A stretch of 64,000 nucleotides of DNA from a virus, in the IMG/VR virus record IMGVR_UViG_3300045988_132920. The stretch is one strand, 5' to 3'. Made by a program: the position numbers and the translations under genes. Numbering within the stretch: the stretch's first letter is position 1; the number at the start of each line of letters is the position of its first letter. Below, piece after piece: positions 11,078 through 21,530 of the stretch. Below the pieces are notes generated by a model. That model did no database searches. It was not told where the DNA came from and worked only from the letters and a program-made list of their open reading frames with translations.

Positions 11078-13232
11078 GGGACAGTTAGTAACTTCTACAA
11101 TAGTTCCTGCTCATGAGTTTGATACCTACGCAACACATGACTCCATTTATGGTAAAGGTGGTTGGAGAGAGGTAAAAACTCTAGCTGAACGTGATGCTAT
11201 CCCTATGGAACGTAGAAGACAAGGTATGGTTGTATATGTTCAAGAGAATTTTACAGCATACTTATTAAATAATGGCACAGTTAATGGATGCTTCATTCCA
11301 TTAATGCCAACAATTCCAACTGAGTTAATAAACCATCTAATGTCTACAGGTGTCTTAAATTTACCTGAGCTTGAACCTTATGCTAAGAAGATATGGGTTG
11401 AAGAACAGCTAAAAGATACTATTAAAACTGAAGATATTAATGATAATCTTGCTCATTTAATGGATTCTATTAAAGAATGGGTTGAAGGCAAAAAGTATCT
11501 TACAGAGCATCAACCTTTGGATGATTATATAAGAATTACAGAGGTTGAAGAATTACTTGAAAATTACTATACTTCAGAAACTATTGATGAAATGTTCTCA
11601 AAGTATATTACTGAAGAAGTTTGTAATGAACGATTTTTAAGTAAAGCAACTGCTGAAGAAACTTACCTTAAAAAAGATGAATTTAATGAGGATAGACTAA
11701 CTCTAAGTGGTACAATTCTTGGATTAGATACAAGAATTCAACATATTGAAGAAACTTATGTTAATTCATCTGAAATGGATGATAAAGGCTATATTACCGA
11801 AGCAACAGCTAGAGAAATCATTGAAGGGTATAATTTCCTTGTAGAAGATGTTTTAGCTGAGTTAGGCTATAAAACTGCTGAAGATTTACTTGAAGATTTT
11901 GCAACTAAGGCTGACTTAGAGAAAAAGTTGAAAGAAATCATGACTAAGGAAGACCTTAAAGGTTATGCTACAGAAGCATTTGTAGTTGATAAAGTTAAGA
12001 ACTTAGTTGCAGTTGATAAAATTGGTGACCATCTTAAAGGCTATGCTACAGAAGCATTTGTTACAGATAGAACAAGAAACCTTGTTACACAAGAGCAAGT
12101 TCTTGAGTACTTAAATGGTTATGTTACTGGAGATGACGTAGATAATAAAGTTGGTGATGCAGCAACTAAAGAAGACCTTAAAGGTTATGCAACTAAGGCA
12201 TTTGTTACTGATAAGATAGAAGATTTAGTTTCTAAAAATGAAATTAATTCTTACTTTAAAGGTTATGCTACAGAAGCATTTGTAACTGACAAAGTTAAAA
12301 ATACAGTTACACAAAAGCAACTAAATGACCGTTTAGCTGAGTTAAACATTGGAAGTGCTGATAATGTAGCTACACAAGATGATATTAAGAATTTCATTAC
12401 AGATGATGAAGTTGATGAGAAAATTGAAAATCTCGTGTCAATTACCGACATTGCACGACTTCTTAAGGGTTATGCCACAGAAGCATATGTAGCTGATAAA
12501 GTTAAAGATACTGTTACACAAAAACAACTAGCTGATATTTTAAATGGTCAAGCACCTGGTGAGATTGTTACTGGTGGTTTAACTGCTGATGATATTAAAA
12601 ATTTTGTTACAAACGATGATGTAGACAAGAAAATCAAAGCTCTTGTAGCTAAGAAAGACATACCTGGTTACTTTAAAGGTTATGCTACTGAGGCGTTTGT
12701 TACAGACAAACTTAAAGTTTTGCAAGATGCTCTTGCAAATGTAGGTAAAGGTGATACTGATGACTCTGAGATTTCACTTGATTTAACTGGGCTCGCCTCC
12801 AAGGTATGGGTGTCAGAACAGGATTTCGCTACTTGTTCATGGGTGAAATCTCAAAATTACCTACAAACTGAAATGCTTAAGGGCTATGCTACAGAAGCGT
12901 TTGTAATGGATAAAATCAAAAAGAGTGAGTCACAACCTATTAAAGGTGCTGCTACAGAGTCTTGGGTTATTAATTATCTAGCAAATGCACTGTCTGGAAT
13001 TTCAGTAGATGGCGTAATTACAGACTACAGATTATTAACTAACAAGCCTTCAATAGGTGGTGTTCAGTTAATTGATGATGTATCTTTAGATGACTTAGGT
13101 TTAGTTAGAAAAGAAGTATATGAAGCTAAAATTACTGAGTTAGAGAATAAACTTGCTGAATTAGCTACTTTAGTTGATGAGCACTTAAATCCTAAAGGTG
13201 CAGTCGTACACGGAGAGAAGATAAATGACTAA
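11064..13232 (+). CDS. Tail fibre protein with about 7 tandem (L/F)KGYATEAFVxDKVKxxV repeat units.
   Basis: 722-aa ORF. The protein repeats are mirrored by degenerate 45-nt DNA repeats near 11951, 12038, 12179, 12258, 12466, 12676 and 12878. The C-terminus is coiled-coil-like. Confidence 0.8.
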   Translation: MTMNKGQLVTSTIVPAHEFDTYATHDSIYGKGGWREVKTLAERDAIPMERRRQGMVVYVQENFTAYLLNNGTVNGCFIPLMPTIPTELINHLMSTGVLNLPELEPYAKKIWVEEQLKDTIKTEDINDNLAHLMDSIKEWVEGKKYLTEHQPLDDYIRITEVEELLENYYTSETIDEMFSKYITEEVCNERFLSKATAEETYLKKDEFNEDRLTLSGTILGLDTRIQHIEETYVNSSEMDDKGYITEATAREIIEGYNFLVEDVLAELGYKTAEDLLEDFATKADLEKKLKEIMTKEDLKGYATEAFVVDKVKNLVAVDKIGDHLKGYATEAFVTDRTRNLVTQEQVLEYLNGYVTGDDVDNKVGDAATKEDLKGYATKAFVTDKIEDLVSKNEINSYFKGYATEAFVTDKVKNTVTQKQLNDRLAELNIGSADNVATQDDIKNFITDDEVDEKIENLVSITDIARLLKGYATEAYVADKVKDTVTQKQLADILNGQAPGEIVTGGLTADDIKNFVTNDDVDKKIKALVAKKDIPGYFKGYATEAFVTDKLKVLQDALANVGKGDTDDSEISLDLTGLASKVWVSEQDFATCSWVKSQNYLQTEMLKGYATEAFVMDKIKKSESQPIKGAATESWVINYLANALSGISVDGVITDYRLLTNKPSIGGVQLIDDVSLDDLGLVRKEVYEAKITELENKLAELATLVDEHLNPKGAVVHGEKIND

Positions 13233-15915
13233 ATTTGTAAAATCTATTAAATTTGGCAAAGATGGCGACATATACGTTGTAAAAGATAGTGAAGCCCATG
13301 CCAAGATTGCAGCTTTAGAAGCTAAGGTTGATTCAGCTGAAGCTCCAGATGTATCTGGTCTTGCAACAAAAGAAGAATTGCAAGCTGTTAATACTAAAGT
13401 TGATGCTATAGAGATTCCAGATATATCTGGTCTTGCAACAAAAGAAGAACTTGCTTCTGCTAATGCTAAAATAGATGCTATAGAAATTCCAGATGTATCT
13501 GGTTTAGCAACTAAAGAAGAATTGCAAGCTGTTGAAATCCCTGATGTAGCAGGATTAGCTACTAAAGCGGAGCTTGAGGAAGCTGTTGCTAACCTAGCAA
13601 CGGAAACATCCCTCACACAACTTAATGAAACAACAACTGCTGCAATCAATGAAATCAAAGAAAATTATGCTACTAATGAAAGTGTTGATGCTAAAATAAG
13701 TAGTGTAAACACTGATTTTAATGACCTCTTTACTGTAACAGAAACTATTGAAAATAAAATATTACCAAAAGCTGTATTAACTAATAATAAATTAAGTACA
13801 ATGGCACAATTATCTAATTCAAGTAGTACTTGTGGTGTATTTATACCAACAAACCAAGTAAATATGCAAGGTAAAGTATTGTACTCATTAGATATGAATT
13901 GGGGTCAAACTGGTGATATGGATGTGTACATTGTTAATGCAGGTGGTAATGGTATTATTACACAAGACATGCTTCCAGCATTTTCAGCGATAGCAACAGA
14001 GCTTAAATTACTCTGTAAATTACATATCTCTAAATTAGGTGAATACAGCATAGTATTACAGGAAAGTGATGAAGTTACTAATATTAATCAGGATTATGTA
14101 AATGAAGATGGATATATAGTTATTCCAAACGGTCATTATGTAGGTCTTAAGGGTTATAGTCAAGCAAATGGTGCTGCGTTTAAATATGGTGGAACTGATA
14201 ATATTGGATTTATTTATTATTTGAATGGAAATAAATCAAAGTCAGATACATGTTTAGCAGTAGGTATGTCAACTTTAGAGAGTACTGAAGTAGTTTTAAA
14301 AGATTACACTTTTGATAATTATTTAGTTGAAACTAGTACAGTTGAATCTGTAAACTATCCAGCGACATTTGATACAACATATAATAATTCTATTTTACCA
14401 AGTCATAACGCAGTTAAAGGTATGTTTTTCTTCCCAGTAGTTCAACAACAATCTTGTAATGGTAAAGTTATTACTGGTATTTCATACTATGGTAATGCAG
14501 GTGTAACAATGAAAATTGGGTATCACCCATGGGCAGATAATTCGGTATTTACTTCAGGAATGGATGTTGCTGGGTGGAATGCTATTATGACTGGTGATGA
14601 CACACCATATATACTATTTGAAGTAACTCCAACAGAAACAACAACTACAGGTAAACCAGTATTTTATAAGTTAGATGGTACTGATGATAGAGTTAATATC
14701 CTTAATACTGAAAAGTATGATGCTGAGGCTGGTGGTTTTCCAGTAGACTCAACAATGGCTTTATTTGTGTCTGATAGAAACAATATAACTGGTGCTACAA
14801 GTGTCATTGCGATAGGTTCAACTAACAACTCATCATTCTTCTTTAAATCAGGTGTTACTGGGTATTGTGGTCACATTAATGCGAATAATAGTAAAATAAG
14901 CTCAACCACATCAGGGACACTACTAATTAATTTGCATACTACAGAGAAGATAGTTGAAGAAGTTAAAGATATTAAGTCTGGAGTACTTAAGGATGTATTA
15001 GGGGCTGATATACATAAAGAAGAATCTCCACTAAAAGGTAAATATTTATCATTAATTGGTGATAGTATTACTACTTTTTCAGGTTGGTCAAATGTTGCAC
15101 CAGCTTCACCAAATGGAGCTATCTATTATCCATATGGTGCAATTACTAATGTAGAACAAACCTATTGGCATAAACTTGTTACTAGAACAGGTATGAACTT
15201 ACTTGTAAATAACTCTTGGTCTGGTTCAAGATGTTCAAATTCAGGTGGAGGTCCAGTTGTATCAACAAGTAATGACAGATGTAAACAGCTACATAAAAAT
15301 GGGATTAATCCAGATTATATCTTAATTAACATTGGTACTAATGACTTTAATAACGATGTCGAATTAGGTACATGGAATGGTCGTGGTGAAAAATTCCCAG
15401 TAGATACACTTGCACCAACTACATTCAGAGAAGCCTACGCCGTAATGTTACACAGACTTCGTAAAAACTACCCATTAGCTAAGATTTATTGTTGCACAAT
15501 TCCGTGTGGTAACAATAAGTCTGATAATTTTAATGAAATTAATGCTAAGGGTGTATCATTGGTTGAATACAATGATGCAATCCGTGAGATTGCTACAGCA
15601 TATGGTGCTAGGGTTATTGAGCTTGCAACATCTGGTTTAGATTACTATACATTAAATACGCTGTATGTTGATGGTAGACTTCATCCAAATGAAGCAGGTA
15701 TGGAAAGATATTATGAAATCATTAGATATGCTATGGAAAATGAAGATTCAACAAACGTTTCATGTCCAAGAGCAGCAGCATTAATGAAGGGCAGTATTCC
15801 AGAGATAAGTAAATCTAGTGCAACTACATTAGAAGAACTTATTACAAGCTACAACACTTTATTGGATACGTTGCAAGCAAGAGGTATAATTGTTGCAACT
15901 GAGGCATCAGAATAA
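13225..15915 (+). CDS. Tail fibre / tailspike with N-terminal EIPDVSGLATKEELQAV repeats and a C-terminal SGNH (GDSL) esterase domain.
   Basis: 896-aa ORF. SGNH blocks are present: LSLIGDSITTFSGW (block I), NSWSGS (block II), INIGTNDF (block III), DGRLHPNEAG (block V). It shares a 36-aa segment with the convergent gene 15986..18694. Confidence 0.85.
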   Translation: MTKFVKSIKFGKDGDIYVVKDSEAHAKIAALEAKVDSAEAPDVSGLATKEELQAVNTKVDAIEIPDISGLATKEELASANAKIDAIEIPDVSGLATKEELQAVEIPDVAGLATKAELEEAVANLATETSLTQLNETTTAAINEIKENYATNESVDAKISSVNTDFNDLFTVTETIENKILPKAVLTNNKLSTMAQLSNSSSTCGVFIPTNQVNMQGKVLYSLDMNWGQTGDMDVYIVNAGGNGIITQDMLPAFSAIATELKLLCKLHISKLGEYSIVLQESDEVTNINQDYVNEDGYIVIPNGHYVGLKGYSQANGAAFKYGGTDNIGFIYYLNGNKSKSDTCLAVGMSTLESTEVVLKDYTFDNYLVETSTVESVNYPATFDTTYNNSILPSHNAVKGMFFFPVVQQQSCNGKVITGISYYGNAGVTMKIGYHPWADNSVFTSGMDVAGWNAIMTGDDTPYILFEVTPTETTTTGKPVFYKLDGTDDRVNILNTEKYDAEAGGFPVDSTMALFVSDRNNITGATSVIAIGSTNNSSFFFKSGVTGYCGHINANNSKISSTTSGTLLINLHTTEKIVEEVKDIKSGVLKDVLGADIHKEESPLKGKYLSLIGDSITTFSGWSNVAPASPNGAIYYPYGAITNVEQTYWHKLVTRTGMNLLVNNSWSGSRCSNSGGGPVVSTSNDRCKQLHKNGINPDYILINIGTNDFNNDVELGTWNGRGEKFPVDTLAPTTFREAYAVMLHRLRKNYPLAKIYCCTIPCGNNKSDNFNEINAKGVSLVEYNDAIREIATAYGARVIELATSGLDYYTLNTLYVDGRLHPNEAGMERYYEIIRYAMENEDSTNVSCPRAAALMKGSIPEISKSSATTLEELITSYNTLLDTLQARGIIVATEASE
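13606..13713. repeat. Perfect (or near-perfect) inverted repeat of about 100-108 bp, copy A. Partner is at 18586..18682 on the opposite strand.
   Basis: The plus sequence acatccctcacacaacttaatgaaacaacaactgctgcaatc...gtgtaaac reverse-complements to the text at 18586-18682. It encodes the shared TSLTQLNETTTAAINEIKENYATNESVDAKISSVNT segment of the two SGNH fibre proteins. Confidence 0.8.
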
Positions 15916-15920
15916 AGAAA

Positions 15921-15987
15921 ACTCCCAGGCATCTGGGAGTTTGAGATAAGTATTATGTGTGAGCTGGAGTAATCCAGCTCTTTTATT
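15921..15987. terminator. Bidirectional double-hairpin terminator between the convergent fibre genes.
   Basis: Hairpins actcccaggcatctgggagt and gagctggagtaatccagctc. T-runs follow on the plus strand (ttttatt) and A-runs precede (aaagaaaa), giving T-runs on the minus strand. Confidence 0.7.
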
Positions 15988-18694
15988 ATTCAGTTGGTTC
16001 TGGACCTGTAAATAATCCATCTGGATTATTAATGTTATACATATCTGTAACAGCTAACATTGCAGCCATTTGGCAAACTTGTCTATTTGCAGCTGTAACT
16101 GGAATAGTGTCTGAAGTTGTATTTAGTCTTGTTGGCATAAATGCTGAAGTATACATTGACTTCTTAAAGTATGGTGCAAGTAATGATTCATAGTATGCTA
16201 GTGCTGCTGTATATCTTGCAATACCGTCTGCCAAATGGTGACCATCACCACACAACCCTTTTGTTGCACTTGATGCTATTGTAGAAGCACGTAAATTTTG
16301 TATTGCTGTACCTACTGGAATAACAACATCCATGCCATATGTAGCTTGCATGTATTGTGCTGACTTGGCGATACCCTTCCATCTTGTAACAGTATCTGAG
16401 TTGTTACTGTAAGAGCCATGAACCATTAAAAATCCAATATGTGCCTGTGGTTGGTGGAATCTTAATAACCTGATTAATTCTTTTAAGTATCCACTGTCGG
16501 ATGTACCTTCCCAAGTTGTATAGTCATGTGAATATGTAGATACTTGGTGAATTAAGATAATATCCCATGTATTATTAGTTAAAGCATGTACAAATTTTTG
16601 TTGAGCTGTGCCTGATGATAGTAAATCTACAGATGCTTCACCAAATAGTTTACTAACACCACCACTTGCATCTTTACCATAATAAACATCATACCAGTTT
16701 TTATATGATGCTCCGCCTCTTATAGCCGTGCAGTGTGCAATTTTCGACACGTCAACACCTAACGCACATACAAGACCTGGAATATCATATGTTGGGTCTT
16801 GAGTAAATGAGTTACCAATATCAAGTATTCTAAACTCATCTTTGTAGTAACATGGTTTTGGATTTAAAAATTTACAACCACCTGATACAGCTGTGACATT
16901 ACTACCAGCTTTATCTGGGTCATTAAGTTTAGCAATAGTTTCACATAATGCAGATGTATTACGAGTGATAGTACATTTGAATATACTTTTATTAGCATCT
17001 TCTGTACCACCACCTACCCAACATGGTTCTGTTGCAGTATACTCTACAGAGTTATCAGAACTAGTAGTTATTTTAATCAAAAGTGCTTCATTAGTAGTCT
17101 TAGATATTGCATAAAATCCTTTAGCATTTGAACCACCAACGTTAGTAACTTTTATAGTGTCACCAATATTTAAGTCAAATCTCCAAGAATTCCACGTAGT
17201 TGCATATTCTTTTGTAAATGAAACTATATCACCAGTATTATAATTTTTTAGAGCATAATATTCCCCTAAGAAGAAATGAGCTGTGTCAGTGTCATAATCC
17301 TCAGCAGTGTAATTTTCCACAAAAAAGTTATTACCATCAATAACTGGATTATCTGTTATTTTTATACCATTAACAGTTGGTGTCTTATCTTTTACTGCAA
17401 TAATATGTGCTTTAAATACTGGATTACTTGATGACCTCCTTGGTTGAAGATACAAAATAACATCCTTCTCGCAAGTATATGTATATGGGTTTGACTCTGA
17501 ATATGATGCACCTGCTTGAGCTACATCTAGTACAACACCTGTTTCTTTATCTAAAATAAAGAATGCCCTAGCATTACCTCCACCTGATATAGCTAGTGAT
17601 ATAGTACTACCAGCTAGAAGTTCTATTTCTGGAAGTACGTTGAACTCATTAGTATTAAATGTCATTATCTTCAAAGTATCTGGAATACTTCCAATAGTAT
17701 ACATTGAAGCATTTATATAGTGTGCTTCTATTATTTCGGGTGAGTCAAAATCATATTCAAGAATTTCTTGACTTTTATAACTTGGAATACCTAAATCCTC
17801 ACTTGTAGTATTTTTAGTTAATTGAACACCATTAATCTTTAACACTTCTTTTGTAACATCAGCACTAATTTCAGTATATTCTTCGACTTCATATGTTGGG
17901 TCATAATCTGTCATGACATTACCTAGCTCAACCTGCGGTTGAGAAATATCTGGTGTTTCACTTGAAAAATAAGATAATGATATGTAATATACATTTTCTG
18001 GAGTATTAAATGTAAAACTACATCTTTGATTGACTTCAAAAAAATTCCCTCTGCAAAGTTCTGTTACGAAGTTACCATCTCTATCCCATCCTTCAAGTCT
18101 ATGACCACCTGACATTTTTGGAGTTATTGAATATGTATAAACTTTATTTGGTTCTATTGGCATTTCAGTTAACGTGTAATACCCAATACTAGATTGAAAT
18201 ACCCCAAGTTCATTATAATAACCATTTTCAACTAATTTTGCATTTGGATTAATAAAATTTTTAGATGTAACCTTAGCAACCTTACCAATTCGGATTGTAC
18301 TATCTGGAGTTAATTTATCCTGTTTACTATCTAAATCTTCTTTAGTAGCTAACCCTTCTAAATTAATAGCTCCACCAGTAGCAGCTTCTAAAACTTTAGT
18401 ATCAACATATGAAGTTGTTGCTAAATTAGATACATCTGGCACTTCTATAGCTTCCACTTTAGTATTAACAGCTTGAACTTCTGTTTTAGTTGCTAAGTTT
18501 GTAATATCTGGAATTTCAATATCTGCAACTTTATTATTAACATAGTCTATAGTAGCTAACCCTTCGATTGACGGGGTGTTTACACTACTTATTTTAGCAT
18601 CAACACTTTCATTAGTAGCATAATTTTCTTTGATTTCATTGATTGCAGCAGTTGTTGTTTCATTAAGTTGTGTGAGGGATGTTGGGTACAACAA
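15986..18694 (-). CDS. Second receptor-binding protein with a shared N-terminal module and a C-terminal SGNH-like hydrolase domain.
   Basis: 902-aa ORF. The N-terminal TSLTQLNETTTAAINEIKENYATNESVDAKISSVNT segment is identical to that in 13225..15915. SGNH-like motifs: ILDIGNSFTQD and GDGHHLADG. Confidence 0.85.
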   Translation of the reverse strand: MLYPTSLTQLNETTTAAINEIKENYATNESVDAKISSVNTPSIEGLATIDYVNNKVADIEIPDITNLATKTEVQAVNTKVEAIEVPDVSNLATTSYVDTKVLEAATGGAINLEGLATKEDLDSKQDKLTPDSTIRIGKVAKVTSKNFINPNAKLVENGYYNELGVFQSSIGYYTLTEMPIEPNKVYTYSITPKMSGGHRLEGWDRDGNFVTELCRGNFFEVNQRCSFTFNTPENVYYISLSYFSSETPDISQPQVELGNVMTDYDPTYEVEEYTEISADVTKEVLKINGVQLTKNTTSEDLGIPSYKSQEILEYDFDSPEIIEAHYINASMYTIGSIPDTLKIMTFNTNEFNVLPEIELLAGSTISLAISGGGNARAFFILDKETGVVLDVAQAGASYSESNPYTYTCEKDVILYLQPRRSSSNPVFKAHIIAVKDKTPTVNGIKITDNPVIDGNNFFVENYTAEDYDTDTAHFFLGEYYALKNYNTGDIVSFTKEYATTWNSWRFDLNIGDTIKVTNVGGSNAKGFYAISKTTNEALLIKITTSSDNSVEYTATEPCWVGGGTEDANKSIFKCTITRNTSALCETIAKLNDPDKAGSNVTAVSGGCKFLNPKPCYYKDEFRILDIGNSFTQDPTYDIPGLVCALGVDVSKIAHCTAIRGGASYKNWYDVYYGKDASGGVSKLFGEASVDLLSSGTAQQKFVHALTNNTWDIILIHQVSTYSHDYTTWEGTSDSGYLKELIRLLRFHQPQAHIGFLMVHGSYSNNSDTVTRWKGIAKSAQYMQATYGMDVVIPVGTAIQNLRASTIASSATKGLCGDGHHLADGIARYTAALAYYESLLAPYFKKSMYTSAFMPTRLNTTSDTIPVTAANRQVCQMAAMLAVTDMYNINNPDGLFTGPEPTE
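18586..18682. repeat. Inverted repeat copy B, partner of 13606..13713.
   Basis: Reverse complement of copy A read directly. One synonymous difference at the outer edge. Confidence 0.8.
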
Positions 18695-18819
18695 AATTAC
18701 ACTTAGAGAATGAACTAAACAAACCTGTGCAAAACTGTGAACTTAAATTATAGTGCAGACGTAGGTGGGGTTTCCTCCTTTCCCCACTTATGTCTTCATT
18801 AAAGTCATGGAGATATAAA

Positions 18820-19323
18820 ATGGCACACGAAGAACAAAGAGCCTCAGCAGGTTTTTCTAATGTAGAACTACTAAATCCAAAATTAAGAGTTAAGTTTCTT
18901 AGAAGTCAAAATGTACTTGGAGAAAAAGATGGTATTATTGATAGAACCCTAAAAACACCTTCAAGCAATGAAAAAGGTAAATTTGACATTGGTAACTTAA
19001 TAATTACTATGGATGAGGGTGAAGCCTATATTGATTTACCTTATTCAGATGATGGTACAAGTTCAGCAGGATTTGATGCAGTTCAACGTGTAGTCCTTGG
19101 GGGCATTCAGTTCGTTGATACTAAAGAACAATTATACAAAATAGCAGCCGATATTAAAACTCAAATTAAAGCTGGTAAACGTCCTATGCGTAAGATATTC
19201 TACTGCCTTGAAGATAGGGGCGGATATATGTTTTTTAGTGATGATTCTGGCATAAATGTTGATGAAATGAACATGACTAATATGATACCTTACCACACAA
19301 CTTGGTGTGAATTTGCTGACTAA
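18820..19323 (+). CDS. Hypothetical protein, about 167 aa.
   Basis: The start is reassigned to ATG 18820, which has an RBS (ggagatataaaATG). The track's 18790 start has none. Confidence 0.55.
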   Translation: MAHEEQRASAGFSNVELLNPKLRVKFLRSQNVLGEKDGIIDRTLKTPSSNEKGKFDIGNLIITMDEGEAYIDLPYSDDGTSSAGFDAVQRVVLGGIQFVDTKEQLYKIAADIKTQIKAGKRPMRKIFYCLEDRGGYMFFSDDSGINVDEMNMTNMIPYHTTWCEFAD

Positions 19324-19331
19324 CACTCAGG

Positions 19332-19360
19332 TTGACAATTTATAATAATCATGCTATTAT
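19332..19360 (+). promoter_or_regulatory. Consensus sigma70-like promoter upstream of the helicase gene.
   Basis: ttgaca, 17-nt spacer atttataataatcatgc, tattat. Confidence 0.6.
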
Positions 19361-19366
19361 GTCAGT

Positions 19367-21529
19367 GTGACAGAAATCACAGGGATGACAAGCATGCAAT
19401 ACAGCTTTACAACAACAGTACATAGAGTAATCTATTACAACGAAGAAACTAAATGGGGTGTCCTAGCATTAGATAATGTTTTAAAGAATGACCCTTACTT
19501 TAGGGATTCTGAAATCCTTGCTACAGGTAATTTCCGAGGTGTATATGAAGATTGCACTATTGATATTGAGGGTAAACAAGGGCATCACCCAAAATATGGT
19601 GTGCAATTACAGATTCTAGCTGTAAAAGTACACAAAGGTGTTGACCGTGCCTCTGTTGTAAACTTCCTGTCAAAATCAGACATTGCAGGTATTGCAGAAA
19701 ATCTTGCTAACAGCATCTTTAATAAGTTTGGTGAGAAGTCTATAGATATTGTACTTAACCATACTGAAAGACTTTTAGAAGTTAAAGGTATTGGTCAAGA
19801 TACATTTAATCTTGTTGTGGAGTCTGTCGGAAAATACAAACGCATGGAAAAACTGGTTAAGTACGCAACTCAACTGGGAATTAAGTACTCTCTTATTGAT
19901 AGGCTTGACAAATGCTACGGTGATGAAGCACTGAAAGTTTTAAAAACTGACATTTATAAAGTGCTGGATGATTGCCAAGGTGTATTTTCCTTTAGTCAGA
20001 TTGATAGTATTGGTGAGAAACTAGAAATACCTAAAGATAGCCCTAAGCGATTGAAGGCTTGCCTTAACTATTGCTTACTTAATCGGGTATTAACTAATTC
20101 TTCCACAGGGTGTGTTATTAGTGAACTTCGACAGGAGTTTGCTAAAGTATCAGGTTTACCAGACACACGATTGTTTAATGCTACAATGGCTACACTTGTA
20201 TCTCAAGGAATAGTGCTTGTAGAAGGTACACACGTTTACTTAAAATCATTCTATATGATGGAAGAACGTATTGCACAAATTCTGAATGCCCTTAATAGAA
20301 CACCTTTACTTACTAAAGTAAAGAAGTATGTTGTTGATGAAATTGCTGATGATATGTTCAGTTTTGACCTTAACTCTCAGCAAAAAGAAGCATTATACAA
20401 CATACCAAATGAACGAGTAAGTGTGTTAACTGGAGGTCCTGGTACTGGAAAGTCAACAATAACTAAGGTTTTAGTTCACATCTTTGATAGATACAATATT
20501 AAATACAAGTTACTTTCACCAACAGGTAAAGCAACTCGTAGATTGTCTGAATGTACAGGTAAACCAGCATTCACAATTCATAAATTTCTCGGTGTTACGA
20601 ACTCATTAGATGATGCTATGGTGACTTCTGTAGACGAGAATACAGCTATTATAGTGGATGAAGCATCTATGATGGATATTATGATGCTTAATAAGCTGTT
20701 GGAACTAGCCCTATTGAGTCCAATAAGACTAATACTTATTGGAGATAAAGACCAATTACCATCTGTTCAGGCAGGAAACGTACTTGGTGACTTGATTGAC
20801 TCAAATGTTGTTCATGTTCATCGACTTACGGACATTATGCGACAGTCTGAAGACTCTCATATCATTAAGTATTGCCACGCAATAAATAATGGTAAGATTA
20901 TTCAACCTTGTAAGCACGATGACTTCGTGTTTAGAGAGTATGAAGATACCTCTGAACTTTTAAATGACTTGTTAGATGACTTTAACTATGAAACTCATAG
21001 ATACGGACTTCTACAAGTTCAAGTAATTACACCTTATAAAAAAGGTGAGCTTGGTATGGAGTCACTAAATCGTGAGATAGCACGTTGCTGTAATGACCAT
21101 GAGCCCAACATAACCTTTAATTATCGTCTTGAAGATAAGGTTATGCAAACCATAAATGACTATGAAAATAATGTGTTTAATGGTGAGGTTGGTATTGTTC
21201 AGGACTTTTTTGGAGACAGCATGAGTGTTAGATTCCAAAGTAGTGATTCACCAATAGGATATGCTGTAACACAACTCAATGATTTACAGCTTGCATATGC
21301 TTGTACTTGTCATAAATCACAAGGTGCTGAGTATAACGCAGTGTTTGTAATCCTTGATAAGGAAATTAGTAATTTCCTACTTACACGTAAAATGTTGTAT
21401 ACTGCAACATCTCGTGGTAAGAAAAAAGTGTACATATATGGCACACCAGGGTGCCTTAATATGTGCATTAAGAACGTAGCTGAGAAGCCACGAATTACTA
21501 AATTAGGCTGTTTGATGACATCCTTTTAA
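19367..21529 (+). CDS. RecD-like (superfamily 1) DNA helicase / ATP-dependent exonuclease subunit.
   Basis: Walker A (LTGGPGTGKST), Walker B (IIVDEASMMD) and a C-terminal TATSRGKKKVYIYG motif typical of the RecD/TraA family. A consensus promoter lies upstream (ttgaca 19332-19337, tattat 19355-19360). An alternative start at ATG 19394 (MQYSF) is possible. Confidence 0.85.
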   Translation: MTEITGMTSMQYSFTTTVHRVIYYNEETKWGVLALDNVLKNDPYFRDSEILATGNFRGVYEDCTIDIEGKQGHHPKYGVQLQILAVKVHKGVDRASVVNFLSKSDIAGIAENLANSIFNKFGEKSIDIVLNHTERLLEVKGIGQDTFNLVVESVGKYKRMEKLVKYATQLGIKYSLIDRLDKCYGDEALKVLKTDIYKVLDDCQGVFSFSQIDSIGEKLEIPKDSPKRLKACLNYCLLNRVLTNSSTGCVISELRQEFAKVSGLPDTRLFNATMATLVSQGIVLVEGTHVYLKSFYMMEERIAQILNALNRTPLLTKVKKYVVDEIADDMFSFDLNSQQKEALYNIPNERVSVLTGGPGTGKSTITKVLVHIFDRYNIKYKLLSPTGKATRRLSECTGKPAFTIHKFLGVTNSLDDAMVTSVDENTAIIVDEASMMDIMMLNKLLELALLSPIRLILIGDKDQLPSVQAGNVLGDLIDSNVVHVHRLTDIMRQSEDSHIIKYCHAINNGKIIQPCKHDDFVFREYEDTSELLNDLLDDFNYETHRYGLLQVQVITPYKKGELGMESLNREIARCCNDHEPNITFNYRLEDKVMQTINDYENNVFNGEVGIVQDFFGDSMSVRFQSSDSPIGYAVTQLNDLQLAYACTCHKSQGAEYNAVFVILDKEISNFLLTRKMLYTATSRGKKKVYIYGTPGCLNMCIKNVAEKPRITKLGCLMTSF

Positions 21530-21530
21530 G

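Noticed and set aside
13185-13658. 157-aa minus-strand ORF antisense to the repeat region of the 13225..15915 fibre gene.
   Set aside because: Its low-complexity Ala/Ser translation is produced by the antisense of the coding repeats. It has no start context.
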